This document shows positions 21,553-32,281 of a stretch of DNA of 64,000 bases, in pieces. The notes below the pieces were generated by a model, which was not told the origin of the DNA, ran no database searches, and worked only from the letters and a program-made list of their open reading frames with translations. Position numbers and translations under genes: made by a program. How positions within the stretch are numbered: position 1 is the first letter of the stretch; every line of letters starts with the position of its first letter. Source of the DNA: an uncultured Phycisphaerales bacterium (GTDB lineage: Bacteria; Planctomycetota; Phycisphaerae; Tepidisphaerales; Tepidisphaeraceae); the NCBI GenBank assembly GCA_963755915.1, contig CAVWLP010000003.1, positions 928,001-992,000 on the forward strand, in the 5' to 3' direction.

Positions 21553-21750
21553 CAAACCTTTTCGTCCTTCGAATTTCGAATTTCGAATTTGTCCCGGCGC
21601 GCCGGGATTCGAGTTTCCCCGATTCGCATTTCCCCCAATAATTAACCTTTTTCTCCCCCTCCGTCCGATAAGTCCCTTACCCGCACGATGTCCGCGCGGG
21701 ACCGTGACAAATTCCCGAAAGGCCACGTGCCTTCGTTAAGGAGAACCCCC

Positions 21751-22152
21751 ATGCTGAAGTCTTCCCTCATGAAATGGGCCGTCGCCGCCGCCCTCGCCGT
21801 CCCGGCAATTCCCGCTTTTGCAACCGTCCGCCATCACCACAAGGTCGTGATGAGTTCCCGCGCGCACCATAACGTCTCGCTCCTGGCCGCTTCCAGCCGC
21901 CATCACGCGAAGACCACTACCACCCGTCACCACACCACCAAGCTCACCCACGGCAAAAAGACTCCAGTCAAGTTCAGCAGCGAATTCAGCAGCAAGCACA
22001 GCAGCAAGCTGACCGCGCATCACCGCGGGCACCTCAAGACCACCGCCCGCACCAGCCATGTGCGCCACACATCGCTCAGCGCCGGCACGCGTTCGCACTT
22101 CAAGGTACACGTCACCAAGATGCCCCCGACAATCGACGGCATCCCCGCTTAA
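21751..22152 (+). CDS. Secreted His/Lys/Arg-rich low-complexity protein
   Basis: RBS AAGGAG; signal peptide ending PAFA; 18 His in the mature part. Confidence 0.75.
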   Translation: MLKSSLMKWAVAAALAVPAIPAFATVRHHHKVVMSSRAHHNVSLLAASSRHHAKTTTTRHHTTKLTHGKKTPVKFSSEFSSKHSSKLTAHHRGHLKTTARTSHVRHTSLSAGTRSHFKVHVTKMPPTIDGIPA

Positions 22153-22184
22153 GCAAGGAACCAACCGTTTTTGAAGTCCAGCGC

Positions 22185-22217
22185 CGGGCGGCACAGGATG
22201 TGCCGCCCGTTTTTTTT
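22185..22217 (+). terminator. Intrinsic terminator
   Basis: CGGGCGGCACA-GGA-TGTGCCGCCCG followed by T8. Confidence 0.85.
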
Positions 22218-22249
22218 GCCTTCTCAGCGAGCCCGCCGGCCTCCGCTGA

Positions 22250-22552
22250 TCAGCCGGGCAGCTTTTCCGCCAGAACGTCGATCTTCCTGATCTCCGGCGG
22301 CTTGGCAAAAAGATCCGGCGCTTTTTGCATCAGCGCGGCGGCGACTTTCCCCGTCAGATGCGCCTGCCTGCCGCTCTCATCCGCAAACGCGTCAAAAATC
22401 CCGAACAAATTCGGCGCCATCCGCACGGCAAACCACGCCACCGTCTTGGGTTCCTCCCGCACGAGGGCCGCTCCCTGCTTCAAAAACGCCTCAACGTCCG
22501 CCTCTTTGCCGGGCTTGGCCTCCAGTTGAACGAAAAGTGCAACGCGATTCAT
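22250..22552 (-). CDS. Antibiotic biosynthesis monooxygenase (ABM) domain protein
   Basis: LEAKPGKE..FGIFDAFADESGRQAHL. Confidence 0.85.
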   Translation of the reverse strand: MNRVALFVQLEAKPGKEADVEAFLKQGAALVREEPKTVAWFAVRMAPNLFGIFDAFADESGRQAHLTGKVAAALMQKAPDLFAKPPEIRKIDVLAEKLPG

Positions 22553-22638
22553 GATCGTTCCTTTCAATTACGTGCGCCTCCAACGATAGGCCGCGCGAAA
22601 CGACAATCTCAATCGGCGGCGCTGAATTTCTCACCCCT

Positions 22639-23904
22639 TTAATCCCGCGCAGTGCGGGCCTCCTCCAGATGCTCGGGCCGAAATCCCATCCGGACCATCC
22701 GTCCCATCAGCCGGCGCACCATTGGAAACTTTTCCGTAATATTCATAAGCATCGGCGGATCGATCGCCTCCGGCGATTCAAATATCCGCTTCAGCAGGTG
22801 CTCATGCATAAAAATCTGCATTCGCTGTGTCAGCCGCGCCGGCCGCTCCCGCCTTGCCTGTACTGCCTTCAAATCCCCCTCCTTCGCCGTCCGCGTGCGC
22901 AGTTTCTCCGTCAGCAGGTTGGCCGTCGCCACTGCGTCCTGGATCGCGAGGTTGATCCCCACCCCGCCCACCGGCGACATCGCATGGGCGCTGTCTCCGA
23001 TGCACAGAAGCCCCTCGCGATACCACTTCCGCAGATGGTCGACCTTCACGCTCAGCAGTTTGATATCCTCCCACGATTTCAGCTCCCCGGTCCGATCCGA
23101 CAGAAACCGCGCGCACCGCGCGATGTCCGATTGGAACGCCTCCAGCCCGCGCTTCTGGATTTCCTCAAAGGCATCCTTATGGATGATGTACGCGCACTGC
23201 CAGTAGTCGCCCCGGTTGATCAGCACCATGAACTGCTGCCGCTCGACATACCCGAACGCCGCCGCTGCATCCTCCGGCCGCCGCGGCAGGCGGAACCAGA
23301 GCACGTCAATCGGCGACCCCGAATCGATCACCTCAAGCCCCGCGCATTTCCGCACCGTCGACGACCTCCCATCCGCCCCCACCACTAAATCCGCCGTCAC
23401 CTCGAGCCTTGCCCCCGGCGTCTTCGCCGCCACCCCCACGATCTTCTCCCCCTCCCTGAGCAAATCCGTCACCTCCGCTTCCATTCGCAGCCGAAACCCT
23501 GGCAGTTTTTTTGCGTGCCCCGCTATAAAATTCAAAAAATCCCACTGCGGCATAAACGCAACGAACCGGCAATGCGTCGGCAGATGCGTCACGTCCGCGA
23601 TATGCACCACCCGGTCCCCGAACCTCGCCGTGAACTCCCGCATCTCCTGGTGCGGCTGCTTCAACAACTCCTCCAAAATCCCCAGCTCCCGCATCAGCTC
23701 CAGCGTCGAAGGATGAATCGTATCCCCGCGAAAATCGCGGAAAAAATCCTTGTGCTTCTCCAGCACCAGAACGTCCACGCCTTTCCGCGCCAGCAAAAAC
23801 CCCAGCATCACGCCGGCAGGGCCGCCGCCGGCAATGCAGCAGGTCGTTCGCTCCCGCTCAACCGGACCCGGTGAGGATTCGTGCGGCAAGGATTCGGTGG
23901 TCAT
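22639..23904 (-). CDS. FAD-dependent oxidoreductase (UbiH-like monooxygenase family)
   Basis: GGGPAG, RDFRGDTIHP, VGADGR, IGDSAHAMSPVGGVGINLAIQDA. Confidence 0.9.
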   Translation of the reverse strand: MTTESLPHESSPGPVERERTTCCIAGGGPAGVMLGFLLARKGVDVLVLEKHKDFFRDFRGDTIHPSTLELMRELGILEELLKQPHQEMREFTARFGDRVVHIADVTHLPTHCRFVAFMPQWDFLNFIAGHAKKLPGFRLRMEAEVTDLLREGEKIVGVAAKTPGARLEVTADLVVGADGRSSTVRKCAGLEVIDSGSPIDVLWFRLPRRPEDAAAAFGYVERQQFMVLINRGDYWQCAYIIHKDAFEEIQKRGLEAFQSDIARCARFLSDRTGELKSWEDIKLLSVKVDHLRKWYREGLLCIGDSAHAMSPVGGVGINLAIQDAVATANLLTEKLRTRTAKEGDLKAVQARRERPARLTQRMQIFMHEHLLKRIFESPEAIDPPMLMNITEKFPMVRRLMGRMVRMGFRPEHLEEARTARD

Positions 23905-23967
23905 CCGTTTACCTTAATTCAACCCTCTAAAATTCGCAGCGTTGAAACCCGAAAGGTTTCTTGCCGC

Positions 23968-24465
23968 TCAATCAAAACCCGCGCCCAATTCATGCAGCCG
24001 CTGAACAATCTTCTCCGCGGTGCGCCGAGCGGGCTCATTCGAGTTATCCAGAATCGTCCCAAACGACGGACAGTGAATCCCCTGCGCATAATGAAATCGA
24101 ATCCTCGACCGCTCCCACTCCGTCAGCTCGCGAGTTCCGCGATTTGAAAGGGCAATTTCCAGCTTCGGAGCCAGCGTAAAGCTGTGCACCACCGCCCCCA
24201 CGGCCGAAAGCCTGCCGACGAATTCCGCGTGGTCCTGCTCCGAAATCGGCCAAACCACGATCGGACAAAACCCGCGCCGATGCCACTGGGCCGACAGCAT
24301 CGCCGCATCGCTCAGCAGCGGTTTGACCGATTCCTCCAGCGACATCCCGGATGGCGCGGGCAGATCATCGATCTCAATCAGCACAGAGCGCGGCATCATC
24401 TCCATCAGCAGTTTCCCGACCGTCGATTTTCCCGCGTTGATCGAGCCGTTGAGATAGATAACCAC
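23968..24465 (-). CDS. Small P-loop kinase (AAA/shikimate-kinase-like)
   Basis: IYLNGSINAGKST. Confidence 0.75.
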   Translation of the reverse strand: MVIYLNGSINAGKSTVGKLLMEMMPRSVLIEIDDLPAPSGMSLEESVKPLLSDAAMLSAQWHRRGFCPIVVWPISEQDHAEFVGRLSAVGAVVHSFTLAPKLEIALSNRGTRELTEWERSRIRFHYAQGIHCPSFGTILDNSNEPARRTAEKIVQRLHELGAGFD

Positions 24466-24530
24466 GGTTGAAGCTTAAGCCCCGCCGCGTCTAACTGAAA
24501 GCGAACCTCCCCCAAGCTATAATCCCCTCC

Positions 24531-24953
24531 ATGCGCCCCTTTGAAACCCAGGAATCCCAAGTCGAAAACACCATCCCCGTTCTTCCAGTTTCGGACGTCC
24601 CCACCTCCATCCGATTCTACTGCGAAATCCTCGGCTTCAAATTGGATTGGGGCGGCAAAAACGAAACCGCCCACATCGCCTCCGTCTCCCGCAACGGCCA
24701 GCACATCATGCTCCAGCGCGGCGAAAGCCCCGGCACCGGCTGCGTCTGGATCGGCGGCTCTATCCTCGTCTGGATCTGGGACAAAATCCGCACCAGCGGC
24801 CAAATCAAGATCTTAAAGCGTCCAACAAACGAGTACTGGGCCCTGGACATGAAAATCGCCGACCCCGACGGCAACGTCCTCTGGTTCGGAACCGAAAGCC
24901 TGAAAGATGTCCCCTTCGGCACCGAGCCTGCTGACAAACAGCTCCCGCGATAA
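24531..24953 (+). CDS. VOC/glyoxalase/bleomycin-resistance family protein
   Basis: PVLPVSDV..SIRFY..LGF; DPDGNVLWF. Confidence 0.85.
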   Translation: MRPFETQESQVENTIPVLPVSDVPTSIRFYCEILGFKLDWGGKNETAHIASVSRNGQHIMLQRGESPGTGCVWIGGSILVWIWDKIRTSGQIKILKRPTNEYWALDMKIADPDGNVLWFGTESLKDVPFGTEPADKQLPR

Positions 24954-24982
24954 CGCTGACCTGGCTGCGTCCTCCGAGATTT

Positions 24983-25056
24983 AACCACGGATTACACGGA
25001 TTTCACGGATAAAAAAGGAAACTTCTTATCCGTGCCCATCCGCGAAATCCGCGGTT
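24983..25056. repeat. REP-like imperfect palindrome between convergent genes
   Basis: (CACGGAT)x3 opposed by (ATCCG[T/C]G)x3. Confidence 0.7.
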
Positions 25057-25063
25057 CAATTCT

Positions 25064-26206
25064 TCATTCCTGCGGCCCAGGCAACTCCCCAATGAACTCC
25101 GCCAACTGCAACCCCGTCGGGCTCTCCGCCGTCCGCACATAATATCCACTGGTCGCCACCCCGCTGCACAAGCTCTCCTCAAGCCCCAGCCCGATGATTC
25201 TCCCCAGACAAAACCCCGCATTAAAATGATCCCCCGCGCCAGTCGAAATCTTCGGCTGCTGCACAAACGGCCCCGCAAAACTCGCCGACTCTTTTTCCGT
25301 CGCCGCCGCCGCTCCCTTGCGCGGATGAATCACCACGCACGAAAGCTTCAGCTTCGCGCGTATCCCCGCCGCCGTCTGCTCGATCGCGCTCTCCGGGTCC
25401 TTCGGCACCGCAATCCCCAGCACCTCCGCGATCCCCGTCGATTCCTTCAGATTCAATCCCAGGATCACGTTGCACACCGGCTGAAACCCCGACAAAATCT
25501 CCAGCGCCGCCGCGATATCCCCCCGCGTCCGCTTCTCCGGATCGGCCAGGTCGATAAACAGCGTCCGCTGCCCCTTGGCACACTTCGGCAGAATCTCGCT
25601 CCGCAATTTCCCCAATATCTCCGACATGAACGGCAGCATCGTCCAGTTCACCATCCCGATCAGCGTCGACTCGCTCACCAGCGTAACCAACTGCTCTTTC
25701 CCCACGCGCTCTACGAGATTCTCCCAGTTCACATCCCCCAGGCTCTGGTGCTTGCCGAGCATCAGCTTCCCATCTTCAAACTCCAGCGCATCCGTATGCC
25801 CCGGCTCGGCGATGCTGATCGCCTTGGAATTCTTCGCCAGCTCCGTGAACACCGGATGCAGCGCGGGATAGCCCAAACTGCCGATGTAAGTGACGCCCAG
25901 CCCCGCCGCCCCCAGCGCATTGGCCATGATCGGCCCATTGCCGCCCAATTTTGTCTGCTTGACGTAAAGCTCGTAATTGCTCGATTGCCCCGCCGCGCGC
26001 AGGATCTTTTCCCCAAAGACGCTGATCGTCTTCATCGGCTCATAGCGGCTGCGGTCGATCCGCTTATCCACCACGGCGATGATCTCATCGACAAACCCAT
26101 CCAGCCCGATTAGCGCCAACTGCCTGGGCAGCCCCGGCAGCGCAGCCGTTAGCTTCCGCGATGCCGACTCACAAACGCTAGCGCGACTCGCTCCCATGCG
26201 GTTCAA
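25064..26206 (-). CDS. PfkB-family carbohydrate kinase-like protein
   Basis: GLDGFVD, KLGGNG, C-terminal STGAGDHFNAGF. Confidence 0.82.
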   Translation of the reverse strand: MNRMGASRASVCESASRKLTAALPGLPRQLALIGLDGFVDEIIAVVDKRIDRSRYEPMKTISVFGEKILRAAGQSSNYELYVKQTKLGGNGPIMANALGAAGLGVTYIGSLGYPALHPVFTELAKNSKAISIAEPGHTDALEFEDGKLMLGKHQSLGDVNWENLVERVGKEQLVTLVSESTLIGMVNWTMLPFMSEILGKLRSEILPKCAKGQRTLFIDLADPEKRTRGDIAAALEILSGFQPVCNVILGLNLKESTGIAEVLGIAVPKDPESAIEQTAAGIRAKLKLSCVVIHPRKGAAAATEKESASFAGPFVQQPKISTGAGDHFNAGFCLGRIIGLGLEESLCSGVATSGYYVRTAESPTGLQLAEFIGELPGPQE

Positions 26207-26682
26207 TGTGGAATTGGCTCAGGCCCCGCGGGTAGCGGCGGCATGCACGTATACGACGGCGGCGGCGAAAGAGACTTGTACACCTGAAGCTGCCAGGGAA
26301 TTTCCAGAAATACTCCCGGCGCGATGTAAAGCAAATTCCCCAGGAACAAAAACGGCTCGGTGAGCATATTCAAATCATACGGCAGCACTGCCGGCTGAAG
26401 CGGCGTGTAGTCCGGCCACGACCAGACCGCGTCATTCACGTAATATGCCGGCGTCGGGTCCCACGCCCGCATCGCCATCGCCCCGTCCGTCTGAATCGGC
26501 GCGTCGTTAAACTGCTCCGTCGGTGGAATCTTCTCTTGAAGATGCACCACCGGCCGGACAGCCGCTGTCACGTTGCTGGTGACGGTGCTCATCGAGCTGT
26601 TGAATGAGCTGCTCGAGCTGCACCCACCAGCCAGCGCCGCCGCAAACGCAAAAATCGCCAATCGCTCAGGGATTAAGGACAT
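26203..26682 (-). CDS. Hypothetical lipoprotein
   Basis: Lipobox-like LAGGC; overlaps neighbours as in an operon. Confidence 0.6.
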   Translation of the reverse strand: MSLIPERLAIFAFAAALAGGCSSSSSFNSSMSTVTSNVTAAVRPVVHLQEKIPPTEQFNDAPIQTDGAMAMRAWDPTPAYYVNDAVWSWPDYTPLQPAVLPYDLNMLTEPFLFLGNLLYIAPGVFLEIPWQLQVYKSLSPPPSYTCMPPLPAGPEPIPH

Positions 26683-26908
26683 GATCCATATCCTTCTTGA
26701 AAGCATCGCTGTCGAAATTCGTCAGGCTTCCACCGGAAATATCCTGGTCGTTTTGATTCGGCATATATCCCATCGGGTCCGAAAGCGCCCGCGTGGTGGG
26801 ATCGCCCGAATCCGTCGAGGCGCTGTCCGTACATCCGACGGCCAGCCACCCCAAAGCCGCCACACATCCGATCGTCAGGCACAACGTCAATCGGCTCCGG
26901 TTCCACAT
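26666..26908 (-). CDS. Small hypothetical lipoprotein
   Basis: Lipobox-like LAVGC; GAGG RBS. Confidence 0.6.
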   Translation of the reverse strand: MWNRSRLTLCLTIGCVAALGWLAVGCTDSASTDSGDPTTRALSDPMGYMPNQNDQDISGGSLTNFDSDAFKKDMDHVLNP

Positions 26909-26943
26909 AGGACACCTCGTACAACTATATCGGCATAACTATT

Positions 26944-28488
<1,545 letters not shown>

Positions 28489-28520
28489 TTACGTTCGGAA
28501 GGGGGAAGTGTCAAGGGAGA

Positions 28521-28586
28521 CGAGTTGCGAGTTACGAGTTGCGAGTTGCGACTAAAAACGGGGTTTTCACTCGCAACTCGCAACTT
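28521..28586. repeat. Opposed heptamer arrays
   Basis: (GAGTTGC/GAGTTAC)x4 facing (CTCGCAA)x2, between divergent guaB and moeB. Confidence 0.75.
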
Positions 28587-28628
28587 CCACCCCTTGATTC
28601 CCCGCCCCCGGCTAACTAGGGTTTCACT

Positions 28629-29919
28629 ATGCCAGTTACGCAATTAAATAACGAGCAGGTGAACCGTTACAAGCGCCACCTGATTCTTCCCGAAATCGGC
28701 ATGGAGGGGCAGCTTAAGCTCCTGAATTCAAAGGTGCTATGCATCGGAGCGGGAGGGTTGGGATGCCCCATCAGCCTCTACCTGGCCGCCGCCGGCGTCG
28801 GCACCATCGGCCTGGCCGATATCGATGTCGTCAGCCCAAGCAATCTCCAGCGGCAGATTCTCTTTGGCGTCTCCAACATCGGCGAAGACAAGGTGAAGGC
28901 AGCCGCCAAGCGGCTCAAGGACCTGAACCCCGACGCGAAAATCATCGAACACAAAACCATCGTCGACAGCTCCAATGTTTTGGAGCTGGTGAAAGATTAC
29001 GACGTCATCATCGACGGCACCGACAATTTCCCCACCCGCTACTGCGTGAACGACGCCTGCGTAATCCTCAAGAAGCCCAACGTCTACGGCTCGATCTTCC
29101 GCTTCGAAGGAATGATCACCGTCTTCGCGCCCCATCTGCCCAACCCGGATCGACCCGGCGAGCATGGCCCGTGCTACCGCTGCATGTATCCTGAGCCGCC
29201 TGACCCCGGCTCCGTGCCAAGCTGCGCCGAGGGCGGCGTCGTGGGCGTTCTGCCGGGCATCATCGGAACCCTCCAGGCCAATGAGGTCATCAAGCTGATT
29301 CTCGGCGTCGGACGGCCGGCCATCGGCCGCCTCACCACCTTCAGCTCCATGGACCTGGAATTTAAAACCTTCAAGCTGCGGCGCGACCCCAACCTGTCCC
29401 GTTTGCGGCGACCACCCCACGATCACCAAGCCGATCGACTACGAGCAATTCTGCGGCGTCCCCGCGCTCGACCCCAAAAGCCTCGCCGAAACCGAGGCGG
29501 AAGTTCATCACGCCAAGTCCGGCGGCAACGGCCAGCCAAAGCCCGATCCATCCCTCGACCCCCGCGGCCTGCCCCCAAACTATCCCTTCAAACCCGATTG
29601 GGAAATCACCCCGCGCGAAGTGAAATCCCTGCTCGACACCAGCAAGGATTTCATCTTCATCGATTGCCGCCTCCCCAGCGAGCAGGCCATCACCGCGATT
29701 CCGCAGGCCAAGCTGATCCCCCTTCAGCAGCTTGCCCAGCGCATCGGCGAGCTGAAAGGCCACGAGCAGGAAAAAATCGTAGTCCACTGCAAAAGCGGCG
29801 GGCGCTCGATGCAGTTCACGCAGATCCTCCGCCAGCAGGGCTTCAAAGACGTAAAAAGCATGGCCGGCGGAATTCTCCTCTGGAATAAAGATGTGAACGC
29901 AGGCGGCCCGCAGTATTAA
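28629..29919 (+). CDS. moeB: MoeB/ThiF adenylyltransferase with C-terminal rhodanese domain (frameshift ~29390)
   Basis: GAGGLG, SNLQRQ, DGTDNF, PCYRC, SCAEGGV; VHCKSGGRS. Confidence 0.9.
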
Positions 29920-29964
29920 GCGTTCGCCGCTTATCCCAGCGCGATTGCATCTGCCCTCTCATTT

Positions 29965-30018
29965 CCTCTTACCCCCTCTTACCCCCTCTTACCCCCTCTT
30001 ACCCCCTCTTACCCCCTC
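29965..30018. repeat. 10-bp tandem repeat, 5 copies
   Basis: (CCTCTTACCC)x5 running into a CCCCTCGCCC..GGGAGAGGGTTGGGGTGAGGG REP-like element. Confidence 0.85.
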
Positions 30019-30688
30019 GCCCGGTACTCCGGGAGAGGGTTGGGGTGAGGGCCTCCTCTACTGCTCTACTCTCTACTGCTCCACTCACTCGCGCAGCGCG
30101 GGGGTCTTCTCTACTGCTCTACTTTCCACTGCTCTACTCTCTCGCGCAGCGCCCCCTATCCACTTTTTGCGAACTTCAACAATTTCACCCCAAAAATCGC
30201 CACTTTTTCCAAAAATAGGTACAAAACGTACACCCTTTGGACCTGTATATAGATGCACCGAATTTTTTCAGGACATGTCGGTAATGGGCTAGGGCCAGTC
30301 TCCTCGTTGATCGCCAACGGACCCGCCGTGGAGGATCGAGAATTCGCGACGGCCCTGGGAGAAGAAAAAACCGCGCAAAATCCCGGACAAATTCGGACAT
30401 TTTCGGACATTTACCCCAACACCCAAACCTCCGCTCCCTCCACACCCCTCGTCCGCCCTGAAACGATTCTCAAAAAGTGAGATAAAGTGTGATATTGTGG
30501 GATATGCGCCGCAGGATGTGAGGGTCACACGCGTCCTCTTTGCCGCGCAAGCATCACAAATGGTCAGTCTGATCCCAAAAAGCCCACGGACTTCGGTGAG
30601 CCCAGTCGAACCCCGCCGCCGTGGGGAATTGAAAACTCGCTACCGCGCCTCATATTCACCCACTCCCAAAATGACTCTCTTCTAAACC

Positions 30689-30726
30689 GTATCTAAAAAT
30701 GGTACGATTGTATTAGAAATGGATAC
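30689..30726 (+). promoter_or_regulatory. Paired operator-like boxes overlapping the MNT start
   Basis: GTATCTAAAAATGGTAC and GTATTAGAAATGGATAC, 21 bp apart. Confidence 0.5.
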
Positions 30727-31414
30727 TAACCACCCCCACACCCTCGGTACTTTCCTTCTCGGCAAAACCCGGGGGGCGGTACTTGCGCTCCTGCTCACCC
30801 ACCCCGATGAGCAGTTCTATGTCCGCCAGATCGCCCGCCTCTCCGGCGCGACCCTCGGCCCCGTCCAGAAGGAGCTGAAACTGCTCGAACGATACGGGGT
30901 CCTGAAATCCAATCGGATCGGCCATCAACTCATGTACGGCGTAAATCCCGCCTCGCCGGTGCATGACGAACTGCGCTCCCTCGTCATCAAAACGGTCGGC
31001 TTGGTGGACATTTTAAAGGCGTCCCTGGCCCCGCTCAAACAGCGCATCAAGCTCGCGTTTGTATTCGGCTCATTCGCCAGGGGCGAAGAAAATTTGAACA
31101 GCGATCTCGATCTCATGATAATCGGCGAAGTTTCGGTGGCTCAAATTGCCGGCGTCCTGGCGGATGCGCAGCGCCGCCTGAATCGGGAACTGAACCCGAC
31201 CATCTACCGGCCCGCCGAGTTCAAGGCGAAACTGCGCGAGGGACATCATTTCCTCAGCGCCGTAATGAGCGAGCCAAAGCTATTCGTCATCGGAGACGAG
31301 CATGAGCTTTCAGCAATGGCAGGCCAACGGCTGGATCCGGCCTCACGCGACGAGTCGCAAGGAAATCGGCTCGCTGCTGGCCGTCGTCGAGCGGGACCTC
31401 GCCACCAGCGCTGA
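30719..31414 (+). CDS. wHTH plus minimal nucleotidyltransferase (MNT) antitoxin
   Basis: YVRQIARLSG..VQKELKLL HTH; FVFGSFARG..SDLDLMIIG. Confidence 0.88.
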   Translation: MDTNHPHTLGTFLLGKTRGAVLALLLTHPDEQFYVRQIARLSGATLGPVQKELKLLERYGVLKSNRIGHQLMYGVNPASPVHDELRSLVIKTVGLVDILKASLAPLKQRIKLAFVFGSFARGEENLNSDLDLMIIGEVSVAQIAGVLADAQRRLNRELNPTIYRPAEFKAKLREGHHFLSAVMSEPKLFVIGDEHELSAMAGQRLDPASRDESQGNRLAAGRRRAGPRHQR

Positions 31415-31788
31415 TCCCAACCTGGACGGCGATTGGCGATTTACCATCGCGTACAACGCCGCGCTCCAATGCGCGTCACTTGCCCTCAAGGCGGCGGGAT
31501 TTGAGGTTGCCAAGGGCGGCGGCGCCCGACCTGCGCACCATTGAATCCCTGCGTCTTACCATCGGTGACGATGGGAAGATTGCCGATCCATTACAGGTAT
31601 TTCGCGCCAAACGTGGCGGTGTGGTTTACGAGGCCACTGGCATCGCCAGCGATTCTGAAATCACTGAGCTTCGCGCCTTGGCCATAAACCTGCGAAATCG
31701 AGTCCTGGCGTGGCTGAGAACTTCGCATTCAGAGCTTTTGGAGCCGCCGCGAAAGGGGCCGGAGAGGGGAACCAGCCGTGACAAATAA
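31302..31788 (+). CDS. HEPN-like partner protein (frameshift ~31525)
   Basis: RDLATS..WRFTIAYNAAL..G; FRAKRGGVVYE; overlaps the MNT gene. Confidence 0.7.
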
Positions 31789-31939
31789 TCCCCGCCGTCG
31801 CGAGCCTTCCCAGCAACGCTATTCACTTCGATTCTTCTAAAATCAACTTAATCCGTTCCACCCACGCGCGAATCTGCTCCTGTGGACATTTCCCCCGAAA
31901 TCATCACAATGTCCCCCCTTCACCTAAACAGGAGAAACT

Positions 31940-32263
31940 ATGGCCGAGGAATCATCAATGGAATCATCACCCTCATCCCCCAACGTCCAGGTTCTTCTGG
32001 ATGAACGGGAATTGAGGCAGATTTACAGCAATTCTTATCGGATTCACGCCACCAATGACGAGGTCATCATTGACCTGGGCTTCAACATGCCCAACCCCAA
32101 TCCGCAAACCGGCCAGCAGCAGCTTCTTCTGAAGATCACCGACCGGGTCGTCATGTCCTACATGAACGCCAAGCGGCTCTCCCAGTCGCTCATGCAGCTC
32201 ATCAAGCGATACGAACAGCAGTTCGGTGAACTCGTGCCGCCAGGGCAGAAGAATCGGCTGTAA
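31940..32263 (+). CDS. DUF3467 domain protein
   Basis: YSN.YRIHATNDEVIIDLG..RVVMSYMNAKRL..YEQQFGEL; AGGAG RBS. Confidence 0.85.
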   Translation: MAEESSMESSPSSPNVQVLLDERELRQIYSNSYRIHATNDEVIIDLGFNMPNPNPQTGQQQLLLKITDRVVMSYMNAKRLSQSLMQLIKRYEQQFGELVPPGQKNRL

Positions 32264-32281
32264 TCCGAAGAATATCTCACG

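Noticed and set aside
29960-30150. Possible CRISPR array
   Set aside because: Units are contiguous 7-10-mers without unique spacers, and no cas genes are present
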